A stretch of DNA of 35,303 bases. Origin: Phoronis australis (taxonomy: Eukaryota; Animalia; Phoronida). Below are positions 13,701 to 25,097 of this stretch, piece by piece. Made by a program: the position numbers and the translations under genes. Positions within the stretch are counted from its first letter, which is position 1. Every line of letters begins with the position of its first letter. Location: the NCBI GenBank assembly GCA_002633005.1, contig NMRA01001248.1, positions 1 to 35,303 of the forward strand, read 5' to 3'. Under the pieces are notes generated by a model. It was given only the letters and a program-made list of their open reading frames with translations, searched no databases and was not told the DNA's origin.

Positions 13701-14483
13701 TGTATACCTCTGATGGTGATTTTGTTAGTTTAAACAATATGAAAAATAGGTTCGATGTGAAAACCAACTTTGTAGAATATAATGGTGGTTTCTGTTCTAA
13801 GAATCTTTCAAAAAAGTCTATTTTAAAGTAAATTTAAAAGTGTTAATGTCTACTCTCCTTGCATGCGTTTAGCAATTACTCGCCTACGGAAAGATTTGAA
13901 GGGTTGTAGACATATTTGTTCTGTCTTTAATGACGTTAAGAAACCTAAGTCAGAGTGTAAATGGTAAGTAGAGCTAGACTGGAAAAAATTTTTTGCTTTG
14001 CCTTACAAAATTACAAAGGATCCCCATATTAGATGGTTCCAATTTAGACTAATACACAAGATTATTGCAACAAATACCTTTTAGTCAAAATATCTGTTAG
14101 GGATTCTGATTTGTGTTCCTTTTGTAATAAAGTTCCATAGACGTGTCACACCTTTTTTGGGAATGTAGCTTTGTACAAGATTTCTGGAAGGAATTCGGAA
14201 AGCTACTTCAAAAGTGTCGCATTCAGCTTCCCAACTGTCTGTCTTACGTTAGTGTTATTCTTGGACTTTACAAGACGTATGTTTTCTATTTAATATTTTG
14301 CTTCTAGCTAAACAGTACATTTACAAGGAGATAAGTCACAAAAATATACCTAATTTTCACAAAATCGTTACAAAAACTTATGAGTACTATAATGCTGAAA
14401 AATTAATTGCATGTAAAAACTTTGTATATGACAGCTTCTCTGCGAAATGGGAAAATTTTATTGTTCATGTTAACTACATGTAG
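10757..14483 (+). pseudogene. LINE ORF2 (APE endonuclease, reverse transcriptase, C-terminal CCHC) with many stops and frameshifts
   Basis: APE motifs SLNCRRL, CLQDTH, GVAILF, LGDFN, SDH. Linker RARWIEKGEKPSKYF. RT motifs KSPGSDGF, RPISL, DFEKAFDS, GCRQGDPLSP, QYADD. CSFC..HLFWEC at ~14113-14166. Confidence 0.96.
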
Positions 14484-15229
14484 AAGATATTTACTTTAAA
14501 TGAGATACTAGAATGGTCTCCTGAGGTTTCCATGACTGAATGAATTGTGTACTTATTTGTTTGTTTGTTTTTTTTAATTGTTTGTAAATGATAATAAATA
14601 CATAAAAAATAAATAAATAGAACGCTGGTAAAACCTTTAGTGCGTCTACGTAGGCAAACGCCCAGGTAGATGTGTGTTCAGCTAATTTAGACACCCAAAT
14701 TTAATACAATCTTGCCGGGCACGAGAAAAATATAGAACACTTCGAATCTAAATAGAGTTGCCGTTGCACTACCGGTGCCGAAATGGGCTCAGCGAAGCCT
14801 GAGGTCTGTAGTGGCCGGAGCGGGAGTGACGGAGTTTGTCACATTATAGATTATAGACAACAGATTTGCAACTTCGATGCCACTCAACTAAATAACCTGG
14901 TTCATTATCCGGTTAGTGTATTGTGACGGGAATTTCTCGCATCTATTTTACTGTCCAGTACAACGAAAACAAAAAATAATAATTTCGACATTGAAACGCA
15001 GTTCAAAATCTTAAAATAGTAAAACTGTTGGTATCGTGAGTACTTTTACCAATGCTACTATAACCCGATCACATAACAGCCGACCAAGATTATCAGACGA
15101 CGTAGGCCTACTTGCCGTAAATGATACCAGATAATTTGGCTAAGTGTCGCTAGTGAATAATGACGTAACTTTGTGCGGAAAAGCAGACATTTCGTCCTTT
15201 AAATAGTACACGAAGTTGGCGGTCCGTGG

Positions 15230-16352
15230 CACAGGCGCTTGGGTTTATCGCAAATGACGTCACAGTATATACTGTATAAGAAAACATAAAGGTTGGACAC
15301 TCGAAATCTGTTTAGCCGAGGCTCCCAACTTCAACCGTCCAAAATCCAAAGAAAATCTGCGTGCACCTCCCTTAGCCTGGTATTGCATAAACATTCGAAG
15401 CCTTATCTTTCCTAGATCCCATTAACTGTCTTCGTGAGTGGTGAAATGGCGATGGAATTTCCAAAACAATCTCAAAACTCTGAATTCAAGGACCTGAAAT
15501 AGTAAACATGGCGGATTTCTGTTGTGCTTCAACTTGTACGCCTGACGTAGGTGAAACTTCAAGTTTGAGCAAGCAACCTATATTTCAAATTCAATAACTC
15601 TAATCCAAAACTCAACTAATTGAGAATGTTAAAGTTAGTATTTTAATGATTATTTGTAACTTTATTCCACTGACGGCTCATTTTAGCCCTTAACTTAGAA
15701 TTTTATTGCATAAACTGGCGTATCTTGTTTCTCATCTTGACATCACGCACTTTTTTGATTGAAGCACAACACACACTCGGCCAGAAAACGCAGCCCGTGC
15801 AAGTATTACAATGCGCGTGGCCGACGAGTTAACTCAATGGTTTTGGCCAAAAATAAAACCTTCATAAGAAATCACAGTACACAAAAAACTTCGCATATCA
15901 ATACTGTATCAGGATAATTTATATTTGACACAAATATGTGAGTAATTACATTTATTTGGCAATAAAGTGCTCTCTGCTTCTCATGATCAAGTAGTCGATG
16001 GATTGACGGCGAAAGCCGCGCGAAATTAGACTTTCGGATTTAGCTCGGGAGCGTCGGTCAAAACCCGGATGTGCGAAGACTGTCTGCCATGACATCACGG
16101 AATCAGGTCCTTGAATTTGTGATTTTGGCATTCTTTTGGCATTTTTGTCGCCAAATCACCACTGGAAGGCAATTTGAAGAGATCAAATGAAAGAAGGTAT
16201 TCTAAGAGTTGTCCGATGCTAGTTTCGAGGAGTTCCATGCACATTTGAGTAGAACATTCTGAGCAAATAGATTTCGAGTGTCCAACCTTTATGTTTTCTT
16301 ATATATATATATTATTGAGTGACGTCATTTGCGATAAACCCAAGCGCCTGTG
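15230..16352. mobile_element. Non-autonomous DNA transposon (1123 bp), P- or hAT-like
   Basis: Perfect outer TIR cacaggcgcttgggtttatcgcaaatgacgtcac, with imperfect inversion continuing ~270 bp (aattcaaggacctga ~15483 / tcaggtccttgaatt ~16103). 8-bp TSD gtccgtgg at 15222-15229 and 16353-16360. No ORF. Confidence 0.93.
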
Positions 16353-16518
16353 GTCCGTGGAGTGGCTTTGTTTCTCAATACACGTAGTGTAAATGTAAGC
16401 TTCCGTCTGGAGAACAAGGCGTTAAGTTTTTGACAAAACGATATTAGTATGTGGGAAACCTCCAGTAATTATCACCATGAATGTAACAGATATCCTTGCT
16501 TGTTCTTCTAAGAACGCG

Positions 16519-16566
16519 GTAACACCTGACGATGGCCGGAGAATAGACCGACCGAAACGTCGTGAC
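16519..16566 (+). ncRNA. Minimal type I hammerhead ribozyme motif (Penelope-like element / retrozyme type)
   Basis: CTGACGA (16526-16532), stem II ggccgg/ccgacc, GAAAC-GTC with palindromic ACGT stem III, predicted cut after 16561, and short stem I cac/gtg. Confidence 0.7.
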
Positions 16567-17050
16567 AGTGTAAATAGTCAAGAGGTCGGTGTAAATAGAG
16601 GAAGAGATTAGATAATAGTTGTAACTCTTTTCTAGGCTCTGTATATACGTCCGTAAGTGCATGCATGCGAGTTATACAAATCAATGCTATATAAACAGCA
16701 CAATAAATAGCCAGCAAGTTAACTTGTAGCTTATACTCGTCTCTTATAAAATTTTGGTGTCTTTATGGCAGAGTTTGGCTTTACCAACCGTTGGATAAGG
16801 ACAGCTACCCAGACAACAGAACGTACGTTTTTATGAACTGTAGCTCATTAATTCAGTTACCTGATCTCAGAAACGCGAGTTTGTAGTCACGAAACATGGA
16901 TTATTTGCCTATGAAGCTAAGCGAGCAGATGTATCTAAAGAAGAAGATTAAATGGCCTGTGGGTTAGCATAGATATGTATGGGGTACAGTAGCTTTAAAT
17001 TAAAGGGAAGTGAATAACTTTATAATTAAATGTCTAAATTTTGTAATTTC

Positions 17051-17315
17051 CACCTCGTGTAACCAGATTGTACTTAGGGTTACTTTTAGTTTTTAAAAAA
17101 CTTAAGTTTTCAGAACTTGAGTGTTTGAAAAACTTAAGTTTTTAAAACTTAAGTTTTTGAAAAACCTAATTATGAAAACTTAAGTTCGTTCCAAAAACCT
17201 ATTCAAATATACTTACGTTTTTGCAAAAAGTTAAGTTTTCATGATTGAAAACTTATGTTTTCAGACCAAAAACTTAATTTTTTCGATGAAAACTTAAGTT
17301 CATTTTTATGAGGTG
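17051..17315. mobile_element. MITE-like element filled with palindromic AAAACTTAAGTTTT subrepeats (CACTA/EnSpm-like architecture)
   Basis: Ends cacctcgt.. / ..ttatgaggtg, with about ten degenerate aaaacttaagtttt units between 17095 and 17300. No clear TSD. Confidence 0.6.
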
Positions 17316-18194
17316 CACAGAAAAAAGCTAAATCTTTGTTTATGATTGCGAGAGTTCTTTGAATACGCTCTTTTGACATGTGCACCGTCATCACAAATGG
17401 TAACGCAGACTGTGGTACATTGTACATGTGAAAATTCCTTACAGACAACTCATAGTAACCATCTTCAAAAGAGACACTATTCGTATGATACTAAGGGAAA
17501 CAGTAACATTTTTGATTGTTTGGGTTGAATGACTGTGTTGTGCACGAATTTTTTATGCTTTTGGGGAATTTAAATGAAATCTCAACTTCCATCGTGGATA
17601 CTTTGCAGTTTCATATTTACAGATATACAGGGACACAGGGACATTTCCCCGGACTGCTCCACGGAGAGCGGGTACCGTTCGAAATGGGAAACCTTAAGAC
17701 GAAAGGCTAAAACATCATTGAGCTTGGAAAAACGTGTAACAGTGCATGCTACCGTCGTGTTGTCCGAAATTGATGAAAGCCGGTTGCACGATTTTACAAA
17801 AACAGGAAAATAGAGGTAGTCGATTCCAACATTGGACCTTCTCTCCGTGAGTGGCCCCTTAAGAACTTGTCAATAAAAACACAAAAAGGATGGCCACTTG
17901 AATATCATCGATGGCCTCCTTCAAGGGCAAAGCCAATAAATATATTAGGAAATGCACGCGCACTTCATGTTATTTGTTAGATCATCGATTTTTCCCAAGT
18001 AATATACAGTTCCTGGAAAAAATAGAGCGAAAGTTGTCTCCGTTATCCCTTGCCAGAGAAGTGCATCTGGAAAAATATGGTTTTGCATTCGCAAAATTGA
18101 CTTATTGAATTTAAAAATCCAGTTAATTAGTACGCTCCGCAAAAGCTCCTCTTTACAAATTTTCTCGATTTTTCGAAATATATGTATGGTTGAT

Positions 18195-18305
18195 TTCGTG
18201 CACGTTTCAAATGCGTTTAGACAACCTATGCTGTCAAAGGGAAGACCCTAACGACAAAGTCCTGGTCAGGGTCCTCCAAAGGCAAACCATGCACTGATGC
18301 AGAGG
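18195..18305 (+). mobile_element. Possible 5' UTR relic of an RTE-clade LINE
   Basis: ctatgctgtc...cctggtcagggtcctccaaaggcaaac resembles, from memory, the conserved 5' segment of RTE/Expander elements. No ORF follows. Confidence 0.35.
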
Positions 18306-18586
18306 TGTTAAACGTTCTCTTGGAACTTTTCTCTTATCCGTATTTTGCAGCCTTTCCTTTCTCTACTGTCCCCGGCCCCAGTTGCCAGGGTTTAGCCCTG
18401 ACGCCTGAAAATTTTGGGGTGCCCGTCCCCTCCGCTTTTCACGGCCCTGAATGGTAGCTGGTTTTCAGATGGTTTCCGGCACACCGGAAGACCCGGTTTT
18501 CATTTGCATATTCACAATTTGATGAGAAGTAGCATCTTTAATATCTAATCTTCCCAAGTTCAGTCCACATTCCAAATCTGCTTAAG

Positions 18587-18738
18587 TGGAGATAGGGTAT
18601 AGCAGAACTGGACCTTGGCTGGAACACAAGCTCTGAACAGGACATGATGAAGGTTGTTGATGAACTGTGCAGATCACATGACAGTCAGCTGACCATGTTA
18701 AACTTGTGTGCGACAGCTATTACTGATCATGGAGTAAG
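18587..18738 (+). pseudogene. Isolated leucine-rich-repeat exon, FBXL6-like, with in-frame stop
   Basis: WR*GIAELDLGWNTSSEQDMMKVVDELCRSHDSQLTMLNLCATAITDHGVR contains two LRR cores (ELDLGWN; LTMLNLCATAITD.GV). It is bounded by AG (18585-18586) and GT (18734 or 18739). TAG at 18593-18595. Confidence 0.7.
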
Positions 18739-20599
18739 GTCATGCTTTTGTCAATACGTGTTTGTGTAAAGGAATTCGTGATCACCAATTTTCTCCTTTA
18801 ACTGATACAGAAGACTGCGTCAATAGTGATTAACTTTTTGTTTTGTGAATCAGATCACCAACAGTTGATAAGAGGTTTCTTAAACGTTTGTTGTTTTTGA
18901 AACGTGTACTGTTCTTTAGTGGAGTGCAATTTGTACTTTCAAGGATACAGAGTGTATTCCACGTTCATGTGTGATTTTGAGATTATGCAAGAATCCAAGT
19001 TCACGCATATAATCTTTTGCACAAATAACGACATCGGTCAGACAATATAATTTGTCAGATATCTGTCACTCGCAACGCACTGCAAGTTTTCGGGACTCCC
19101 TATAGATGTCCCCAGGGCCAATAGTAATGCCATCAAGCGTCCAGCCCACACGCATCGAGAGTTTGACAAAGGCTTTGTAATCTATAGCCGAAAACGTTAG
19201 CTGGTACATTACGCATTGACTATGTATGGGGACCTTTTCATTGTTATGTATCCGCCAGTCAAATAAACTTGATTTGTGAAGTATGAGCCATAACTCTCCG
19301 GAAAGTTTCCGTAGTAGGCCACTGGATTTCTTATGAGATGACAACTGTCTTATCATATGTTGGCCGAGTCAGGAGGTGGCGCTGTTTGTACCTCAGAATG
19401 ACAAATACATGTACATGCTCAGTTGACTACATGGCCTAAGTATTCACTTGTACTAGCAAATAGAAAACATTTATTCGGACAGTGAGGTGTAAGAAAATTG
19501 TAAATTATCCGGGTTGTCACTGACCCCAAACGTCTTAACTTGTGCCCGTGCTTCACGCAGTAATATAGCTTGTACTAAATACACTTTTCTTCCAGTGCCC
19601 AACTTTTGATGAGTGTGTTTGTGTCGGTTGTTTATGTTAAGTGTATCAGATGCACCGACTTTATTTGAAGTTATCCGTCCTGGTTCAAGATCAAAATTAC
19701 CAGACGATTTTGTGGATGGCACTGTTCTGAGTTTTCAATATTGTGTGTTTGTGGCATACTAAATCATGGCTTGTAATGGCTTCCGATGGATCACCACCTC
19801 GTCTTGTAATTCATTGAGATATAGCTTTTGTCAAGTTTAGACATATATCCTTATGCAGTCTACAACAAATATGAATTGAACGTGGCAAAAGATTATTTCC
19901 CAATTTCTCGATGTCATCGCGTTTCAGCTTTTACCAAAACCTAGCTGCAGTGCCCTGCTGCATGACACAGGGACTGTGTTAAGTTACCTAAGTCTTTTGC
20001 ATATTTGTTTCGTTCTTTAACCACATTATGTATTACTCTTTCTATCCTTTTATACTTATTATGAGCTCTTATTTGACTTACTACATTTTCATAATAAAAA
20101 AGCTAAAAAACTGATTCATTACATGTACATGTACATGTACTGTATATGATAAGTCATGTAGTCCTCAAGTCAGGGGTGCTGCGTGAAAAGATCCATATTT
20201 ATTTTCAATTATTTTGAGAATTCAGCGCAAAATTCCCTTCTATCTTGAATCAAAGGCAACAAAAAATACAAAGTAACGAGAGTTAAACAGCATAAGAAAA
20301 AAAAATCAAAATTTTCAAAAGCACACAAATACGAAGTAGATTTAACGAACTTAGTCGAGTCCCTATTTGAGAGGGTCTCATGAAAACGGGCACACAGAAC
20401 ATTGCTGTTGTTTACCTCAATGTTTTTCTGTTGCCTCGGGTGCAATATAGTCTATTTGAATGCTGTTTTGATTGAAAAATGTTCATTAAATTCCGTCATT
20501 CAGTTAGGCATTGCTTCCTTTGTAGGGGGAATGTTTGAAATATTAATCGACCTTGCGTCTGCACATTATGCCATGCTCATGGTGAGGCACAAATAAAAA

Positions 20600-21620
20600 A
20601 ACCGCGTTGTTTTTGTTAACATTAACTGCTGACAAGGCTATTTGTTTGCTAAAAAAACAAAACCGTTGCCTATACTAACATCAACAGGTTTGATTGGACC
20701 ACTTCTGAGAATTATACACAATAGGTATTCATCTGTAAAAGTTAAAATAAATACTGCATTCAGCCTGTTGAATACAAGACTGGAGTCAAACAAAGCTGTA
20801 TGTCAAGTCCGTTATCGTTCTTTATGTATATAAATGGACTTGCTATTGGAATAAACCTGGAACAAGAAGTGCTATTCAAGTTAACCCCGCCATTCATAAT
20901 GTGTTTTATTATTTAACTTATCCAGAGTAGCGGCTCTATTTGATGAATCTATAGTTGAGTTACAGAGACGATAAGAAGTGCTAAAGAAATTTTGATTGAA
21001 GTGAAATGTCTTACTGAACATACAACAGTAAAACATAGGTGTTTTCAAAAAAGATGGACAACTAAACAGTGCGGTATTACAGGGGTATTGAGCTGAGGAG
21101 CTGAAGTTACTATAAATACAATTGATGTATTGACTACTAGATTAAGTCAACTTAGCAAAGAAATGAGTGTGTTGAATCATTGTAATATCGATTGGGAACT
21201 AGAAACGCATTGTTTATTTTTTAACTTGTTGGACATATTGAAAGCACCCGTTTTATTCCGTGAAGCAGAATTATGGGGTACTAGACATAAAAATGGGAAA
21301 TGTTCAAACAAAATTCACTAAACTGTTATTGTCTTCTGGTTTAAACACAACTAACCACACGGTGAAGGAAGTTTGTTGCAGTCATATTTTATCTGTGTTT
21401 TATATAGGAATGTATAGGCATATCAAATATTTTTAAAAATGTTGCGATGGAAAATGTTAGTTTTAAGAAATTCAATTGCTCTGTCAAAATAATTGGTGTA
21501 CTCGTAATAAAAATTGTTGTATACAACTGGTTTCGTTATGATTCAAAAAAGGGAGTCGGTGATGAACAATGTTTAGGTCGGAATTCAAACAAAGACTGAG
21601 AGATGCTATCTTCAGGAACT
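20600..21620 (+). pseudogene. Heavily decayed reverse transcriptase of an RTE-X/CR1-like LINE
   Basis: GVKQSCMSSPLSFFMYINGL from 20782 (cf. GVKQGCxLSPxLFxxYINDL) and LLDILKAPVLFREAELWG near 21225-21280 (cf. FDxLVxPILxYxxEVWG). Boundaries are approximate. Confidence 0.7.
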
Positions 21621-23363
21621 TGTCTTGAACGCCGCCATTTTTTCCTTGTGATTGAATAAGCTATCGCTTCTTCGAAAAATCTTCGTTACTTCGTTTCAAT
21701 AGTAATACATCGTGTTTCGTTTGTGTGTACAGTGTATTTATATTTTGTAGTTAATGGTCGTTGAATTTTTTGGAATGTTACACGTACTTATTATGTTAAA
21801 ATAGCATTGGTGTTTAGTTCCTTACGAAGGGCCGTCGAACCTAGGAACCAATATGAGTCGAAACAATTTTTTTCGTTTTGATTTTTTTCTCGTTTTGAAA
21901 AAGTACTTTGCTATCATCGGAAAGGTAGTGCATTCTACTCAGTAAAAATCGAAAAAAGTATCAAAATCGCGGCAAGCAGTGTAAAGTTATTGCATTTTTT
22001 GTGGCGAAATTTGGGTCACTTAGTTTGGCGGACAGCGGGATAAGTTACGAGTTTAAAACTTTGTGTAAATGGTTTTCGCCAATAATTTACGGTGAAATTT
22101 AGTGGGACATATCTTTGCTTACTATTCTGCACAATTTAACAGTTTTCACCAACTTTTAGCCTCGCAGTTGTTACTTATTAAGTGATAAATGTGCTCACAA
22201 TTCCCGTTGTACTTCGTCTCATTTCTGGAGGCACCGACAACATGGTAATATTTGCTGAGCTGGAAGGCATGTTCAACCTGTTACTTTGTAATTTGTAAAG
22301 ATTTAACGTTGATACATTTTGACAAACGTTGCTACAAAAAAGGAGCTTTGTTCAATTTTCGTGTTTTGTGCAAAAATATAAGATATATTCGAATTATTTT
22401 ATTTTATTTGTTTGACTGTCAACTGCTGTTCAAGGCTTGATTAGGTGTCACAAAATGATTCATATTTTTCTAAATTTTAAGTCTCAATTGCCGTCAAGTC
22501 ATGCTTTGTAAGTTATTGCTTACTTAATTCAGGTTATAAAGTCAACAATATGGATAACCTTAATTTTGAGAAATAAGCTATGTTGGATTGTGAAGCTTTA
22601 AGCCTTCATTTTTTGTTCCTTGCAGCTTCATATTTTTTAAAACATTCTTGTCAAATACTGGTGTGAGGAAACTCTATTCGGTCACCATGGTAATAGTTAC
22701 ATGTATGTGCACTCCCATATCATGGGAAACTTGTGCTGTTGGACAGTGTTTGTAATGCTTAAATGTTGTAAAGTATTGCGCATTTTAATTTTCATATAAT
22801 GTTAAAAGGTTGAATCATTTTGGTTGATGAATATAAAAATGCTAACATTTTATATTTGGACTTGTTATACTTATGTGCTCGATCGGGCCCCCTATTTGGA
22901 GAAATGGAATAAAAGGTCTGCCTCAGTCAGAGAAGCACAGACTCCGAGAAAAGTACAAAACGAGACAGAAGTCCGCTAGAAGACAGGAACCTACAACAAT
23001 TTTGCGTCTGCAATTCATAGCTCTGAACATACTCAGTGAATCTTATAATAAAAGGTAGACATTCTCAAAAATTCCAGCCCCCCCATCTTTTAGGCTTGGT
23101 GCGCTCATGCTATGCCTGGGCAAACCTCTTTCGAAAACCAACAACTTTGCGCAGTTCGCCAGAAAACCCCAAGTTCTAAATATACCTCGTTTGAGTGAGC
23201 GCTGTGGCCAGGGACCTAAGGGTAGCCTTGGCACAAAGCTGCATAGGCCTACTAAAAAACTGTATTTTGACTATAGTCTTCATACTGGTAGCTGGCACTG
23301 AGTCTAGCTAACCTAGGGGCTGCCGCGGCAATGTGACACAGGACTGTCTAGCCCGTAATTTTA

Positions 23364-24444
23364 CATAGGCGGATTTAGGGGGGCCCAGGGGGCCCGCCCC
23401 CCCCNNNNNNNNNNNNNNNNNNNNNNNNNNNNNNNNNNNNNNNNNNNNNNNNNNNNNNNNNNNNNNNNNNNNNNNNNNNNNNNNNNNNNNNNNNNNNNNN
23501 NNNNNNNNNNNNNNNNNNNNNNNNNNNNNNNNNNNNNNNNNNNNNNNNNNNNNNNNNNNNNNNNNNNNNNNNNNNNNNNNNNNNNNNNNNNNNNNNNNNN
23601 NNNNNNNNNNNNNNNNNNNNNNNNNNNNNNNNNNNNNNNNNNNNNNNNNNNNNNNNNNNNNNNNNNNNNNNNNNNNNNNNNNNNNNNNNNNNNNNNNNNN
23701 NNNNNNNNNNNNNNNNNNNNNNNNNNNNNNNNNNNNNNNNNNNNNNNNNNNNNNNNNNNNNNNNNNNNNNNNNNNNNNNNNNNNNNNNNNNNNNNNNNNN
23801 NNNNNNNNNNNNNNNNNNNNNNNNNNNNNNNNNNNNNNNNNNNNNNNNNNNNNNNNNNNNNNNNNNNNNNNNNNNNNNNNNNNNNNNNNNNNNNNNNNNN
23901 NNNNNNNNNNNNNNNNNNNNNNNNNNNNNNNNNNNNNNNNNNNNNNNNNNNNNNNNNNNNNNNNNNNNNNNNNNNNNNNNNNNNNNNNNNNNNNNNNNNN
24001 NNNNNNNNNNNNNNNNNNNNNNNNNNNNNNNNNNNNNNNNNNNNNNNNNNNNNNNNNNNNNNNNNNNNNNNNNNNNNNNNNNNNNNNNNNNNNNNNNNNN
24101 NNNNNNNNNNNNNNNNNNNNNNNNNNNNNNNNNNNNNNNNNNNNNNNNNNNNNNNNNNNNNNNNNNNNNNNNNNNNNNNNNNNNNNNNNNNNNNNNNNNN
24201 NNNNNNNNNNNNNNNNNNNNNNNNNNNNNNNNNNNNNNNNNNNNNNNNNNNNNNNNNNNNNNNNNNNNNNNNNNNNNNNNNNNNNNNNNNNNNNNNNNNN
24301 NNNNNNNNNNNNNNNNNNNNCCCCCCTCCCGACCTCCCCCCATTCGGTGCTATGCGCATCTACATTCGTGGTTCAGTTTGCGCAAATGCGTCCAAACGGA
24401 CAAAATGTTGGGCCCCCCCTTGTGATATCCTAGATCCGCCACTG
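23364..24444. mobile_element. GC-rich MITE end(s) flanking an assembly gap
   Basis: Left cataggcggatttagggggg and right cctagatccgccactg share an inverted GGCGGAT(T/C)TAGG core, with poly-G/C tracts beside the N-run. There is no TSD, so these may be two elements. Confidence 0.55.
23405..24320. other. Assembly gap (N)
   Basis: Run of N. Confidence 1.
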
Positions 24445-25097
24445 TTTTATGCAAGTGTCTCAAACTACATTTGCATGTACACTGTACATGTATACGGCAT
24501 TTATGATTTGAACATTTTACTTCTACAAAACAGCTTGCAACCGCATGCCTTCACCGTTCGCCAGTGTCTTGTCTCGATCCGCACTGGGTCTGATAGGCTG
24601 CGGTCCCGAGTCGGGCAAAATAATTTCTTTCAAAATTAATTCGTCCCATTTCTTCAGCAAATTCGATAAAATTGTCCGTAATTTGATTTCATTAAAGTTA
24701 AGGGGCGCTGTCGATTATTTTATCCCCCTTTGCAGGCTGATAACAGATACTGCTCCGGTGGCACTGACGGCGTTTTCTTAGCCTGGGTTCCTGAATGAGT
24801 TCTACATGTACTTCCGGGTTCGCGGTGAGTTCCAAATGGCGTTTGGTTCTTCGGGTGCGAATCGTGAGTGGCGTGTTCATTTAAACATTTTTGAGTACGG
24901 ATCTTGTATTAGTTATTTGGTAGGTACTTCTTGGATCCTTCTAAAATCCTCTAACCCTGTAATAAGGGTTAATAACGCGTGCGACCAGGTCTTTATGTTT
25001 GTAAAACGTCAAATGATTCAAAACTTGCGGAATTAGTGCCAGCGGGGAAAGTCAAGAATATTCGCCTGAGCCTTATATGCATGCATGGAGGTGATTC

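Larger units (their letters stand above)
8077..14610 (+). mobile_element. Full-length, inactivated L1-clade (Tx1-like) non-LTR retrotransposon
   Basis: 14-bp TSD aaataaatagaacg at 8063-8076 and 14611-14624, with a single copy (empty site) at 26713-26726. ORF1 and ORF2 relics, AATAAA at 14593-14598 and a short A-rich tail. Confidence 0.95.
6385..15228 (+). repeat. Dispersed ~2.2-kb block, copy 1 (6385-8076 + 14625-15228), split by a LINE insertion
   Basis: Colinear with 25098-27321 from aatttaagacgagcgaata to gaagttggcggtcc(g/a)tg once 8077-14624 is removed. Confidence 0.95.
7432..15228 (+). mobile_element. Non-autonomous THAP-bearing DNA transposon with ~165-bp imperfect inverted arms, copy 1 (P/Kolobok/ISL2EU-type; superfamily unresolved)
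   Basis: Left arm catggaccgccaact..ggacgaaat..ttacgtcattattcact..cgtcgtctg..ggtcggctg (7432-~7598) is the reverse complement of ~15061-15228. A THAP relic lies inside. No TSD found. Confidence 0.8.

Noticed and set aside
17090-17300. CRISPR-like spaced palindromic repeats
   Set aside because: The units are degenerate, nearly adjacent and lack unique spacers; eukaryotic context with no cas genes.
19066-19722. Minus-strand ORFs of 96 and 83 aa as further exons of the LRR gene
   Set aside because: Wrong strand and no LRR or other motif in any frame I read.
23361-24359. Long ORFs of 332/322 aa (also 28566-29258)
   Set aside because: Artefacts of translating through N gaps.
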